A stretch of 64,000 bases of DNA from Candidatus Woesearchaeota archaeon (lineage in GTDB: Archaea; Nanobdellota; Nanobdellia; Woesearchaeales; GW2011-AR9), in assembly GCA_018696595.1 (NCBI GenBank), contig JABHQW010000001.1, positions 1-64,000 on the forward strand. The letters run 5' to 3'. The position numbers and the translations under genes were made by a program. This document shows, piece after piece, positions 46,947 through 57,795 of the stretch (position 1 is its first letter; every line of letters begins with the position of its first letter). The notes beneath the pieces were generated by a model. The model was not told the origin of the DNA, did no database searches, and saw nothing but the letters and a program-made list of their open reading frames with translations.

Positions 46947-48228
46947 TTTCTATTTCTCGACCAAAAGAAACCAGCATTAAATTCTGGAATAATTCAACTT
47001 CCCTTTTCTGGATTGCTCTTAAATCATCTAACTCATCCTCAGCATCAGCCACTTCTTCAACAAGTTTTGTTCCTTGTTTGGTAAAATGTTCCAATCGATA
47101 TTTAGCTTCTTCCACTTTCATCAGATTATCTTTATTTCTAAAAGAAGGTTCTTTTAACATTTCCAGTTCTTCTTTTGCTCTAATAGATTGTTCTTGTAAA
47201 AGTTTTAGCTTCCCACTAGTACATTCATCAATAATTCTTAAAGCAGTATCGTTTTGCATGGGGTCCAGTTTAATTCTTCCTTTAGTAATTTGTTCCCTCA
47301 TCTCTCTTAACAGATTATTAATTGCTAAAAATTTATCTTCGTAAAAAGTGTGGACTGGTTCTTCCAAATACTTCTGAATTAACTGATTAGATTGATTAAG
47401 ACCCACTTGTTGTCTAAAAGCTGGTTTAAGTTTAGATAATAAAATTGACACCTGGCCATCCAAATCCACTAAAAGTGCAACTAATTCGGTTTCTCTGTTC
47501 TTTCTCTTCGATAAATCTTCAGTATTGTCATTATTCTTAAGAACACGAGATAATTCTTTTTCCTTCTCTCCTTTTGATTCTTCTGCATTCTTAAACCGTT
47601 CTCTTTTAGAAGAAAGATCGTCTTTAATTCTCTTAATTCTTTCTTGAGTTTCTTCGATCAAGTTAGCCTTATCCAAAAGGTTGTCCATCTTACTATAACC
47701 ACAATTGATAATCTTGCTGTCAAAACTTTCTTTAAGTTGTTCAATCCCGATTAGTTCTTTTAATAATGGGTTAATTGCTAAATCTTTCTCCTCTTTGTTA
47801 AGAACAAAAGTATAATTGTAAGCGAAAGAACTTGCTTCAACAAGTTTTTGTAATTTTTCCAAATGGTCAGAAAGTTTATAATTTAATTTCATGACAGATT
47901 TAAAGTTAGGACTTTCTTTAAAAGTTAAGAAATCTAAAAATTTTCTTGAATGATTAAAGATGGTAGAAATGTCTTTAGTATCATAATCTAATCCCAAAGT
48001 GATGATTTTCTTTTCCCAATCATCAATCTTACATTCTAATAACCAACGCTTGTCTTTTAATTTGTTCACATAATTAATTAACCAATCATCTAACTGATTA
48101 TTATGAACGAGATCGTCTATCTTAATTTTAACCCAATCAGACAAATCGTTAATATGAATATATTCTAACTCAGATTCGTCCTCTTCGGCAACGCCGAGTT
48201 TCTTTAGAAAGTTTACTAGCCACCCCAT
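46933..48228 (-). CDS. Hypothetical coiled-coil protein
   Basis: 431 aa, charged heptad-like sequence. Confidence 0.7.
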   Translation of the reverse strand: MGWLVNFLKKLGVAEEDESELEYIHINDLSDWVKIKIDDLVHNNQLDDWLINYVNKLKDKRWLLECKIDDWEKKIITLGLDYDTKDISTIFNHSRKFLDFLTFKESPNFKSVMKLNYKLSDHLEKLQKLVEASSFAYNYTFVLNKEEKDLAINPLLKELIGIEQLKESFDSKIINCGYSKMDNLLDKANLIEETQERIKRIKDDLSSKRERFKNAEESKGEKEKELSRVLKNNDNTEDLSKRKNRETELVALLVDLDGQVSILLSKLKPAFRQQVGLNQSNQLIQKYLEEPVHTFYEDKFLAINNLLREMREQITKGRIKLDPMQNDTALRIIDECTSGKLKLLQEQSIRAKEELEMLKEPSFRNKDNLMKVEEAKYRLEHFTKQGTKLVEEVADAEDELDDLRAIQKREVELFQNLMLVSFGREIEIKIS

Positions 48229-48295
48229 AAGAGACTTCTGATTAAATTAGTTTATAAGGATTTCTGTAGTAGGAAATAAGGATTAGGGTTATAAG

Positions 48296-49495
48296 CTATT
48301 TGCCAGCAACAATTTCAACGATATCAGAATGTTTCAGCAGATGTTCCTTCCCTACTGTCATCTTTGTTCTTACATCTTTTGCACAGATGAATTTCTTACC
48401 AAAATCTGTATGCAATTTGTAAGCAAAGTCTAAAGCAGTTGTACCTTCCGGCATAAGAAAACAGTCAGGCAAACATCTTCCTTCAGAATCTTCTAATTTA
48501 GAAACTCCACCTGGGAAAATTGCAATATATTTCAGAACATTAAATACAGCTTGATCTAATGTTTGTTGTACTCCCGTAGTTCCAAATTTTTCTAAAATGT
48601 TCTGCCGGATAAATTCTAAAGCGGCTTTTTGTTTCTCATTCATTCTCTCTTGGTTTAAATTCAAGAAAGTATCATCTCCGGGAACATATTCAATTAACTC
48701 TGCTTTTGCTGCTTCTCTTAAAGCAAGCTCAGATTCTGCTGAACAAGCAACGAAAGTGTGACCAGTAAATTGTGTCTTTAATTTCTCATAATTTTCTTTT
48801 GCACCAGGGATATCAATTTTATTACAAGCAATAATCATCGGTTTAGTTTGTTTACGTAAACTCGTTGCTAAAGACTTCAGATCTTCAGCAGTCCAAGTGT
48901 TAGGCTTTTCTTTATCAAAACCTAATTTCTTAATAGTATCTTCAACCATATTTTCAGTAACACCTAGACCAGATAATTGTTTACCTAAAGCCAAATGAAT
49001 TTCTGCTTTTTCTTGCATTACAGTCCGGGCAAACTTTTCCCAACCTTTCTTTAATATGCCAAGATACCACATATCTAATTCCACTTCTAAAAATTTAACA
49101 TCATTAGCAGGATCGTAACTTCCAGGAGTGATAGGTTCACCTTTCTCATTAGTTGAACCAGCAACATCGATAACATGAATTAAAACGTCTGCTTGCCTAA
49201 GATCATCTAAGAATTGGTTACCCATTCCGTGCCCTTCATGCGCTCCAGGAACTAACCCAGCAACGTCAATCATTTGAACTCCAACAAATCTAGAATCTTT
49301 TAATACAAAACCAGTTCTTGGATTAGAGACTTTATCAAAATCTAATGCTGGATCTTTAACTTTAACATGTCCAACCCCGGTATTAGGGTCAATCGTTGCG
49401 AAAGGATAATTAGCAATTTCTACTTCTGCCAGCGTAGCTGCTTTAAAGAATGTACTTTTACCAACGTTTGCTTTTCCCACTACTCCTACAATCAT
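48296..49495 (-). CDS. ychF: YchF/Obg-family ATPase/GTPase with TGS domain
   Basis: GKANVGKST, YPFATID, DVAGLV, NKID. Confidence 0.93.
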   Translation of the reverse strand: MIVGVVGKANVGKSTFFKAATLAEVEIANYPFATIDPNTGVGHVKVKDPALDFDKVSNPRTGFVLKDSRFVGVQMIDVAGLVPGAHEGHGMGNQFLDDLRQADVLIHVIDVAGSTNEKGEPITPGSYDPANDVKFLEVELDMWYLGILKKGWEKFARTVMQEKAEIHLALGKQLSGLGVTENMVEDTIKKLGFDKEKPNTWTAEDLKSLATSLRKQTKPMIIACNKIDIPGAKENYEKLKTQFTGHTFVACSAESELALREAAKAELIEYVPGDDTFLNLNQERMNEKQKAALEFIRQNILEKFGTTGVQQTLDQAVFNVLKYIAIFPGGVSKLEDSEGRCLPDCFLMPEGTTALDFAYKLHTDFGKKFICAKDVRTKMTVGKEHLLKHSDIVEIVAGK

Positions 49496-49604
49496 ATAAA
49501 CTCCAGAGAATTAAATCCTTTTTAATATTTTCTGTAAAAAAGAAGGTTAATCTAAACAATAATTCTGGAAAAAGTTTATAAATCACCTCCAAAGCCACAA
49601 TTAT

Positions 49605-50282
49605 ATGGATGTAAGAGAAGAAATAATTAATTGTATTTCTGAAAGCGATTTAGTATTGGTAGATGCTTGTATTTTTGGTTGTACAGATCCGAGTGGTTCA
49701 CATCGAGAGATCTCTGAACATCTTTATGATGCAAAGAAAATTTCTCAGTTGGAAAACTTAACAGAAGAAGTTTTTGCATTACACATGGCTTGGCGTTGGG
49801 ATTTACATTGTATTGTAAGTAAAGATAATGTTTATACAATCCCAGGGGTTGTTGAAGAGATTAATGGGTTTTCAAGAATTTTACAAAATTCATATAGCTG
49901 GCATACGGAATTGATTAGAAATCCAAAGAGAAAAGGAAAACCTTCTAAAAATATGGGTGACCCTCGTGAAGAATTTCCAGTATTGGATTATTTAGATTCT
50001 TTAATTAAAGATGTTGGAAGAACAATTAATAGACTGAATATTTATCGGGGCCCAAAGGTAGAATTATTCAGAAATGTTGAAGGTGCATCAGAAACAGATT
50101 ATAATTTGGTAGAAGCCGCAGTTGGTTATTCTTTAAGCCATCCAGAAATGAAAGTTGAAATACTTTCTGAAGATAGACATGTCCATAAGATAATTAATAA
50201 CTATTTAAAAAATAAAATTGCTAGAACAATAAATGAAACACAAACTGATTTAGAAACAATTACTGGAATTTCTCAATCTTAA
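49605..50282 (+). CDS. PIN-domain-like protein
   Basis: LVDACI, VVEEI, TDYNLV, LSEDRH acidic spacing. Confidence 0.45.
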   Translation: MDVREEIINCISESDLVLVDACIFGCTDPSGSHREISEHLYDAKKISQLENLTEEVFALHMAWRWDLHCIVSKDNVYTIPGVVEEINGFSRILQNSYSWHTELIRNPKRKGKPSKNMGDPREEFPVLDYLDSLIKDVGRTINRLNIYRGPKVELFRNVEGASETDYNLVEAAVGYSLSHPEMKVEILSEDRHVHKIINNYLKNKIARTINETQTDLETITGISQS

Positions 50283-50898
50283 CATCCCCATCTGGAATGC
50301 CAATATCGACAATAACAGTTTTATCTTTAAATTTCTCTAAACCTTTCTTTAAATCATGGAAACAAATAATTAAATCTGCTTGACAAACCTTTTCTCCTTC
50401 TCCAGTATCCCCGTCCATTCCAGAAGGAAGGTCAACAGCCACTTTAGCACCAGAAGTTGAATTAAATAAATCAATTGCAGAAGCGAATGGTTCTCTAACT
50501 ATTCCAGTAAATCCGGTTCCCAATAAAGCATCAATTAAAATATAATCTTTATTTTGAAAATGAAACGCTTTAAGTTCTTCTTTATCTCGGATTTCAATTA
50601 CTGCGTCTTTAATCTTCTTATAATTCTGTTCGGCTTCTTCAGATTGTTTCTCTACATCCCCAAAGAATAGAACTAAAACTTTACTTTCCTCGGCAAAATG
50701 TCTAGCAGCCACAAAACCATCACCGCCATTATTACCTTGGCCACAGAAGATAACAATCTGTTTATTATCTAGTTCAAACTTTTGCTGAACTGTTTCAAAC
50801 ACAGCTTTCCCCGCATTTTCCATCAACTCAGAAACAGAAATTCCTTGCTGAATTGCTTGCTCTTCAAGAGCTTTCATTTCCTTTACAGTAATCATCAT
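50260..50898 (-). CDS. nnrE: NAD(P)H-hydrate epimerase (YjeF N-terminal domain only)
   Basis: LMENAG, GNNGGDG, IDALLGTG, VDLPSG. Confidence 0.92.
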   Translation of the reverse strand: MMITVKEMKALEEQAIQQGISVSELMENAGKAVFETVQQKFELDNKQIVIFCGQGNNGGDGFVAARHFAEESKVLVLFFGDVEKQSEEAEQNYKKIKDAVIEIRDKEELKAFHFQNKDYILIDALLGTGFTGIVREPFASAIDLFNSTSGAKVAVDLPSGMDGDTGEGEKVCQADLIICFHDLKKGLEKFKDKTVIVDIGIPDGDVKIEKFQ

Positions 50899-50937
50899 TA
50901 AACCGAAATCTAAACTACTTTATATGTGTTTAGCATA

Positions 50938-51762
50938 TTAGTATTCAACAAATTGTCCATCCACTAACTCTCCAAAAGAAATCTTGCAACCTCGAACCCT
51001 TAAAGCCTGTACTGTTCTTTTGTAGGCGGGTTCTTCCAAGCTGGATAAGAAAGTAGCACAACCATCCCCAATCAGTTCCCCTGTTGAGAAACTTTCAACA
51101 ATAAAGTCTAATAGTTCGGATTCATTTATTGGGACTAATTCATTTACCAAAAGCGGATCTATTCTCTCTTTTAATTCCGGAAAAGATAAATGTGTTCTTG
51201 CTTTATAAGAAACCATGTTGCCACCATATCCATAAGCATCGTGCACGTTTGTTGGAGAAACTTCAATTAAGTCACTTCTTTTTAATCCAAGCTCTGTCTC
51301 CATTCTTACTCTTAAAAATTCTTCAAATTCCAAATCTCCTTCTTTTAGATTACACATCCCTGCGGCTGAACAATCCAATAAACCAGCGGCCAAAATGTTG
51401 TCCCCTCTTCTTTGAACAACTAATTTTTTATCACTAGTGTATAAAGCAACACCTACAGAAGATGCCCTTGATAAATCATAAAGGTTTTCGCTTAAAGGCC
51501 GTTGTGGCAGTGATATTGTAGCGGAAATAACATCATAATGACGAAAATTAATCCCAATAAAAGATAATGCGCCTTGAGTATCCCAAAAATTTCCTAAACG
51601 CCCGTCCCATTGACCATTCTTTCTTTCCTGCCAAATTTGTCTAAATATTTCTTGATCTTTGTTATTAAGAAAATCCCCATAATCTCCTTCTAAACGTATT
51701 GGAGAAGCAATAACATCAGAAAGATTATTTGCTTCAAAACAATAAAACTTAATATCTCCCAT
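50938..51762 (-). CDS. Hypothetical protein with degenerate NUDIX-like fold
   Basis: LVVQRR...CSAAG, METELGL. Confidence 0.5.
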   Translation of the reverse strand: MGDIKFYCFEANNLSDVIASPIRLEGDYGDFLNNKDQEIFRQIWQERKNGQWDGRLGNFWDTQGALSFIGINFRHYDVISATISLPQRPLSENLYDLSRASSVGVALYTSDKKLVVQRRGDNILAAGLLDCSAAGMCNLKEGDLEFEEFLRVRMETELGLKRSDLIEVSPTNVHDAYGYGGNMVSYKARTHLSFPELKERIDPLLVNELVPINESELLDFIVESFSTGELIGDGCATFLSSLEEPAYKRTVQALRVRGCKISFGELVDGQFVEY

Positions 51763-51829
51763 AATAAATTGTCAGCTGAAGATAACTTTTATAAAGTTTC
51801 TGAATTTATAGAATTGAAAAGAGGGTAAT

Positions 51830-53641
51830 ATGTCTTTAAGCTTAAAGAAATATCAAGAAATTGATCTGAAACACAATCTTAAAACATTGTGGGGTTTTGT
51901 TAGTAAATACAAGTTAATTCTCTTTTCAATCATTGGACTTATGTTTGTTAATGAAGGGGTTGTTTTCTTAGACAATTTTATTTTCAAATATTTGGTTGAT
52001 AAAGGAACATTATTTACAAATAATGAACTTAGTGCAGAATTATTTGCTAAAGTAATAATTGGTTCAGTATTAGTTTATTTGGGATTAAAAGTTATTGATG
52101 CCGTTCTTTGGTATTTCATGATCCATTTTACTAATCGCTTAGAATCAAAAATGATGTCAGACATAGAAAAGAAATCATTCTGGCACATTCTAAAGTTATC
52201 TTACAGATTTCATTTAAACAAAAAAACAGGATCTATTATTTCACAGTTTACTCGGGGTATTAACAAAGTAGAAACTTTTGCTGACGCTTTCTTATTTCAT
52301 TTCGTTAAAGTTTTCTTCAGAATAATACTTGCCATCGGAGTGATTTTCTATTTTGATTTAGCTACAGCATTGACATTGTTGGCGATGATTGTCGTATTTG
52401 TATTTGTTGGGTTCCATATTACTAACTTACAAAAGAAACCGCAAAACATTGCTAATTATCGTGAAGATGTTTTGAAACAAAACCTGAGTGATGTTTTCCT
52501 AAACATTGAAACTGTAAAATATTTTGCTAAAGAAAAAAGCACGCAGGGATTCTTTAGTGCATTATCACACAGATTAAGAGATTCACGTTATAAGTTCTGG
52601 AATTACTTCTCCTGGCACGCTGGAATTCAAACTATGGTTTTAGGGATTGGAATCTCTTTAATCTTCTATTTCAGTTTTACTGGATTACTTACTGGAAGAT
52701 TAACTTTAGGAACAATTACACTTATTTATGCTGCAGTTTGGAAATTAATTCCAAACTTATTCGGACTAATTCATGGATACAGACAATTTGTTAGAAGCAT
52801 TGTCGATGTAGATGCTTTATTTAAGATGTTTAAAGAAGAGAATGAGGTTAAAGATTTAGTTCATGCAAAGAAATTAAAAGTTGATGAAGGAGAGATTGTA
52901 TTTAAGAATGTTACTTTCACTTATCCCGTTACCAAACAAAGCCATCAACCGAAAACTGTTATTAAGAATTTTGATTATAAAGTTAAAAAATATCATAAAG
53001 TTGCCTTTGTCGGTCCTTCAGGAGGAGGAAAAACAACAATGATTAAGTTACTTTATAGGTTGTTTGACCTTTCAGAAGGAAAAATATTAATTGATGGCCA
53101 AGATATTAGTAAAATCACTCAAGAATCTCTTCGTGACAATATGAGTGTTGTTCCTCAAGAACCTTTGTTGTTTGACAATTCTCTGTGGTACAATATTGCT
53201 TATGCCAATCCAAAAGCAAGTAAACGACAAATTTGGAAAGCGATTAAGTTTGCTCAATTAGATAAGTTTATTGCAGACCTTCCTAACAGAGAGAAAACAA
53301 TTGTGGGTGAAAGGGGTGTTAAGTTATCTGGTGGAGAAAAGCAAAGAGTTTCTATTGCTCGAGCTTTGCTTGCAAACAAAAAAATATTAGTTTTAGATGA
53401 AGCTACTTCTGCTCTTGATTCAGAAACAGAGAAAGAGATTCAGAAAGATTTAGAGAAGTTAATGAAAGGCCGAACAACCATTATGATTGCTCACAGATTA
53501 TCTACAATTATGAAAGCTAATGAGATTGTTGTTATTAGTAAAGGTAAGATTGTAGAGGCCGGAACCCATAAAGAATTGACTAATAAACGCGGTGGATTGT
53601 ATAGGCGGTTATGGGAACTGCAAAGAGGCGGTGGATTGTAG
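51830..53641 (+). CDS. ABC exporter, fused permease/ATPase
   Basis: TM domain, GPSGGGKTT, LSGGEKQR, LDEATS. Confidence 0.95.
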   Translation: MSLSLKKYQEIDLKHNLKTLWGFVSKYKLILFSIIGLMFVNEGVVFLDNFIFKYLVDKGTLFTNNELSAELFAKVIIGSVLVYLGLKVIDAVLWYFMIHFTNRLESKMMSDIEKKSFWHILKLSYRFHLNKKTGSIISQFTRGINKVETFADAFLFHFVKVFFRIILAIGVIFYFDLATALTLLAMIVVFVFVGFHITNLQKKPQNIANYREDVLKQNLSDVFLNIETVKYFAKEKSTQGFFSALSHRLRDSRYKFWNYFSWHAGIQTMVLGIGISLIFYFSFTGLLTGRLTLGTITLIYAAVWKLIPNLFGLIHGYRQFVRSIVDVDALFKMFKEENEVKDLVHAKKLKVDEGEIVFKNVTFTYPVTKQSHQPKTVIKNFDYKVKKYHKVAFVGPSGGGKTTMIKLLYRLFDLSEGKILIDGQDISKITQESLRDNMSVVPQEPLLFDNSLWYNIAYANPKASKRQIWKAIKFAQLDKFIADLPNREKTIVGERGVKLSGGEKQRVSIARALLANKKILVLDEATSALDSETEKEIQKDLEKLMKGRTTIMIAHRLSTIMKANEIVVISKGKIVEAGTHKELTNKRGGLYRRLWELQRGGGL

Positions 53642-53649
53642 AGATTAAT

Positions 53650-54054
53650 ATGTTAACTGCTGCAAGAGTAATCATTCTGAAAAATAACAAAATTCTTTTT
53701 ATTCACAGAATAAAGTACGGAAAAGAATATTATGTTCTTCCTGGCGGTGCGATTGAAGCTAATGAGACTCCTGAAGCAGCAGCAGTTAGGGAAATTAAAG
53801 AAGAAACTAATTTTGAGATTAAAATTGATAAATTACTTTGGGGATCTGAAGAATTTGTTAAAAGTGAAAAAAGATATGCTTATTATTTCTTAGCAAAAAG
53901 TTTTACTGGTAAATTAAAACTGGGTGGACCAGAAATTGTAAGACAAGCTGAAGATAATCAATATATATTCGAATGGTTAACAATATCTGAATTAGATAAG
54001 TTATTAGTTTATCCAGAAGGATTAAAAGAAAGAATTAAAGAATATTTCTCTTAA
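53650..54054 (+). CDS. NUDIX hydrolase
   Basis: PGGAIEANETPEAAAVREIKEETN; start reassigned to ATG 53650. Confidence 0.92.
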   Translation: MLTAARVIILKNNKILFIHRIKYGKEYYVLPGGAIEANETPEAAAVREIKEETNFEIKIDKLLWGSEEFVKSEKRYAYYFLAKSFTGKLKLGGPEIVRQAEDNQYIFEWLTISELDKLLVYPEGLKERIKEYFS

Positions 54055-54134
54055 AATAAATATATAATATCAATTTGGTAGTTTGTGAGAAAATAGTAGC
54101 AAAATATTTAAAATAAACACAAAATAAACAGTTT

Positions 54135-54659
54135 ATGGGTAAAAAAAGTAATAAAATTAGCAGATTAGAAAAAAATTTAATGAAAGTAAACGCGGTAATC
54201 CTAATCCATCCTGCTTATGACTTAAGAGATTTAGAATCACATAACAAAAGTCCAGAATCTTATATTGGCGGATTAAAAGAAATGAACCAAATAGCAATCA
54301 GAGTAGGTAAACCAATTTATGCTATTCCTTATACTTTAGCTAACCCTAAAAAGTTACCCCCAGAGATTATAGAACCTTGGGAAATACTCCACCCTGGTAT
54401 GTATGGTGTTAATCCAAACATGGGGTTACAGCAAATATCTGCAAAAGAGAATGTTCCACTAAAAGAATTAGTTATTGCCTTAGGGGGAATGTATGAAACA
54501 GCTTGTATGGCATTATGGGGCCAATGTTGTTTTAGAAACTATTATGGTAGAGAAGTTAGAGATGAGTATCAAGATAATCTTGAAATATTAACTAAAACTA
54601 TTCCAATAAAAGGTCGTTCTGCAAAAGTGATTCAATCTATAACTCGTGATAAATCTTAA
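54135..54659 (+). CDS. Hypothetical protein
   Basis: 174-aa ORF. Confidence 0.65.
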   Translation: MGKKSNKISRLEKNLMKVNAVILIHPAYDLRDLESHNKSPESYIGGLKEMNQIAIRVGKPIYAIPYTLANPKKLPPEIIEPWEILHPGMYGVNPNMGLQQISAKENVPLKELVIALGGMYETACMALWGQCCFRNYYGREVRDEYQDNLEILTKTIPIKGRSAKVIQSITRDKS

Positions 54660-55066
54660 AGTAGATAATAAACCCCAACACTAACCAAGAATCCTAACAC
54701 AGAGCCAACGATAACTTGTAAAGGGGTATGGCCCATAGAAAAGTGGGTTTTCTTTTTCATCTTTAACTTTTTCATGATATCATTAATAACAATACCTTCT
54801 TCACCAGCAGTTCGACGCACACCAAAAGCATCTCTAAGAACAACCATAGCAAAAACTAAACTAATAGCAAAACTAGTAGACAAACCCTCTACCAAATAAA
54901 TTATTGTAACTAAAGAAACTACGAAAGCAGCATGAGAACTTGGCATTCCACCAGTTACGACTAAGTCATGCCAACTTAAAGTCTTATGTTTAAACCATAA
55001 ACCAATCAATTTTATTACTTGCGTACCAAATCCCGCTAGTAATAAAGCCAATATTATTTTGTTCAT
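54656..55066 (-). CDS. Divergent PAP2-family (DUF212) membrane protein
   Basis: TGGMPSSHAA, DA.GVRR.AG, GHT..QV. Confidence 0.9.
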   Translation of the reverse strand: MNKIILALLLAGFGTQVIKLIGLWFKHKTLSWHDLVVTGGMPSSHAAFVVSLVTIIYLVEGLSTSFAISLVFAMVVLRDAFGVRRTAGEEGIVINDIMKKLKMKKKTHFSMGHTPLQVIVGSVLGFLVSVGVYYLL

Positions 55067-55923
55067 TTACGTCCTCTTTTTTTCTTAGTAAGTTTTTTGG
55101 GTTTATTAGTTTTTCTGAAATTAAAATCAATCATAATAGGTAAATGGTCAGAGAAAGGAAATTTCAAAACAGAATAATTAGTTACATTTATTTCTGGAGA
55201 AGTTAAAATATAATCTAATCTCCGATGAGGATTCCAAGCAGGTTCTGTGAATGGAACAGAATTCTTATCCAAACTAATTTTATCTTTCAAATGTGTTTTT
55301 TTCATTAATTCATTAATCTCTTTAATGCCATTAAAAGTGTTAAAGTCACCCATTAAGATCACGGGCGTTTTTATCCCATTTACAATATCAATTAATTCTT
55401 TAATTTGTTTACCTCTGGCTTTCTTACCTAAAGATAAATGAGCAACTAGAAAAGTGACTTTTTTTGGACACTTAACAGTTGCTTCTATAACCATTCTTTT
55501 AGTTCCTTCATGAAAAACATGGTATTTAATATCAGTAAGATTAAATCTAGAGATTAAAGCATTAGCTTGTTTTCCTAATATAGGAAGATGATGAAATAAT
55601 TTTAACCAACCAGTTATAGGATATTTTATTTTTTCTATAAATGAATTTAATCCTAATTCCTCTTCTATAAAACGAACTTCATCTTTTCCCCTAGAACGTA
55701 AAGACCCAGTATCAACTTCAATTAAAGCAAGGATATCCGCTTTAAGTTGTTTAAGAGAACCAATAATTCTTTCATCTAACTTTTTGGGTGGGAAAAATAT
55801 TTTCCAGAATTTCAAGTATTGGTACCATTTCCCGGGAATCCCCTCACAATATTCAATGTTATAACTAATCACCCTTACCATCTTTTGTTTTATTAAATCA
55901 ATGAGGTATAAAATACTTTCCAA
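55063..55923 (-). CDS. Endonuclease/exonuclease/phosphatase (EEP) family protein
   Basis: SYNI, LIEVD, MGDFN, LDYI, SDHLP; start may lie ~14 codons downstream. Confidence 0.9.
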   Translation of the reverse strand: MESILYLIDLIKQKMVRVISYNIEYCEGIPGKWYQYLKFWKIFFPPKKLDERIIGSLKQLKADILALIEVDTGSLRSRGKDEVRFIEEELGLNSFIEKIKYPITGWLKLFHHLPILGKQANALISRFNLTDIKYHVFHEGTKRMVIEATVKCPKKVTFLVAHLSLGKKARGKQIKELIDIVNGIKTPVILMGDFNTFNGIKEINELMKKTHLKDKISLDKNSVPFTEPAWNPHRRLDYILTSPEINVTNYSVLKFPFSDHLPIMIDFNFRKTNKPKKLTKKKRGRK

Positions 55924-55986
55924 AGTAATATATATTATAACACAAACTAAAAAAGCTTATAAACCAATTCTTAATTTAAACAAATA

Positions 55987-56442
55987 ATGTTAAAGACAAT
56001 CAAAAAAATTACTGAACAAGCTTTTAAGGAACTAACAACTTTAGGAGGATCAATATTCTATGCTTTTATTTTACTTTTAGTTTTACTGTTAGGAGAACTA
56101 GAATTATTCATTCACTTGCTGATCGGATTATTTTTCAGTTTACTGATTGTTGTTTTGATCAGAACATTCTATTTTAAGAACAGACCAAAGAAACAGAGAT
56201 ATAACAATTACTTAGAAAGAATTGACGCGTCTTCGTTTCCTAGTTGGCACGCAGCCAGAGCAATCTTCTTGGCTTCAATGTTCTCTTACTTCTTCATTAA
56301 CAAATATATGACTGGGGCTTTGATATTAACTGCTTTAGCGGTATCTTATTCTCGGATTTATCTTAAGAAACATGATTGGGTTGATATTCTGGGTGGATTA
56401 GTTTTAGGTATGGTTACTTTCTTGTTAGTGTTCTTGATTTAA
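55987..56442 (+). CDS. PAP2-family phosphatase
   Basis: RPK, SFPSWH, SRIYL..HD..D. Confidence 0.88.
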   Translation: MLKTIKKITEQAFKELTTLGGSIFYAFILLLVLLLGELELFIHLLIGLFFSLLIVVLIRTFYFKNRPKKQRYNNYLERIDASSFPSWHAARAIFLASMFSYFFINKYMTGALILTALAVSYSRIYLKKHDWVDILGGLVLGMVTFLLVFLI

Positions 56443-56451
56443 AAATTCTAA

Positions 56452-57741
56452 TTATTTAAGTATCCCATAACCGATTAACCTAAATCTATCACCAACTCTT
56501 CTAGAAATAGTAATTCTTTCACCAGCATTTGCTGCAATAGGTTTCTTCAAAACACAAGTAGTATTTTTCTTACTAGGATCTGTAACAACACCAACAGTAG
56601 CGGCAGAATTTACATTAAGCATTAAGATTTCATTCTTAGCTAAAGGTTTAACATCTGTTTCTTCTTTAGTCCCAACAACTCTTTCCAACAAGTTTGTAAC
56701 TAAAGAAATTTGATTTCTAACTTCTGGAAGTTTACCAGAAACGCCGACTAATGAACCAGTTAATGAATCAGATTTAACAATTGTAGGATCTAAAGTAGTA
56801 GCAATAGCCATACTTCCACCGGGAGAAATTTCATCCACAGGAGCACCACCAGAAAAGATTTTAGTAATTTTAGTTTTCAAAGATCTCCAAACTTTTTTAT
56901 TTTTTTCTTCTACACTATAACCAGGAACAATCTCAATCTCATCACCAACTTTAAATGTGCCTTGTTTAATAGTTCCACCTAAAACTCCACCAATTAAATT
57001 ATCTGGCTTAATTCCAGGTTTATTAATATCAAAAGATCTTGCTACTAACATAATTGGTTCTGCATCTAGATTTCTTTCAGGAGTAGGAATAAATTCTTGA
57101 ATTGATTTAACTAAAACGTCAACGTTAACGTTAGCTCTTGCAGACATAGGAATAATTGGAGCATCTTTATAATCAGTAGTAGATAAAAATTCTTTAATTT
57201 GGCCATAATTCTTCATTGCTTCTTCAGGGCTAACTAAATCTATTTTGTTTTGAACAATGATAATATTCTTAATTCCAGAAATTTGTAATGCCATCAGATG
57301 TTCTTTAGTTTGTGGTTGAGGGCATTTTTCGTTTGCTGCCACCATTAATAGTGCTCCGTCAACGATTGCCGCTCCACTAAGCATTGTTGCCATTAAGGAT
57401 TCGTGGCCAGGAGCATCAACTAAAGAAATTTTCCTAATAAACTTAGTTTCTTTATTACATTTAATACATTTACTTTTAGGAGTATGAAAATCGCATTTGT
57501 CGCAGTAATAAACTGAGAAGTCAGCATAACCTAAACGGATAGTAATACCTTTCTTTAACTCTTCTGAATGTGTATCTGTCCACTTTCCAGATAGTCTTTC
57601 GGTTAAAGTAGTTTTACCATGATCAACATGACCAACTAAAGCGATATTTAGAACTGGTTGAACAACTTCTTCTTTTGCTTTCTTTTTAGTAGAAGTCTTC
57701 TTTTTAGTTGTTTTTTCTGTAGTTTCTTTCTTCTTAGCCAT
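56452..57741 (-). CDS. eif2g: Translation initiation factor aIF2 gamma
   Basis: GHVDHGKTT, GITIRLGYA, DAPGHE, QTKEH, NKID. Confidence 0.97.
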   Translation of the reverse strand: MAKKKETTEKTTKKKTSTKKKAKEEVVQPVLNIALVGHVDHGKTTLTERLSGKWTDTHSEELKKGITIRLGYADFSVYYCDKCDFHTPKSKCIKCNKETKFIRKISLVDAPGHESLMATMLSGAAIVDGALLMVAANEKCPQPQTKEHLMALQISGIKNIIIVQNKIDLVSPEEAMKNYGQIKEFLSTTDYKDAPIIPMSARANVNVDVLVKSIQEFIPTPERNLDAEPIMLVARSFDINKPGIKPDNLIGGVLGGTIKQGTFKVGDEIEIVPGYSVEEKNKKVWRSLKTKITKIFSGGAPVDEISPGGSMAIATTLDPTIVKSDSLTGSLVGVSGKLPEVRNQISLVTNLLERVVGTKEETDVKPLAKNEILMLNVNSAATVGVVTDPSKKNTTCVLKKPIAANAGERITISRRVGDRFRLIGYGILK

Positions 57742-57795
57742 GTAATTGTTAGAAATGCGAGTTATTTATAAAGTTTTAGTGATTATTTAGTTTTA

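Noticed and set aside
49581-49589. Perfect anti-SD-like ATCACCTCC upstream of the PIN-like gene (SD on the minus strand)
   Set aside because: No suitably spaced start codon on the minus strand; probably incidental.
53589-53640. 13-bp direct repeat GCGGTGGATTGTA at the 3' end of the ABC gene
   Set aside because: A local in-gene duplication (RGGLY/GGGL); no element or att context.
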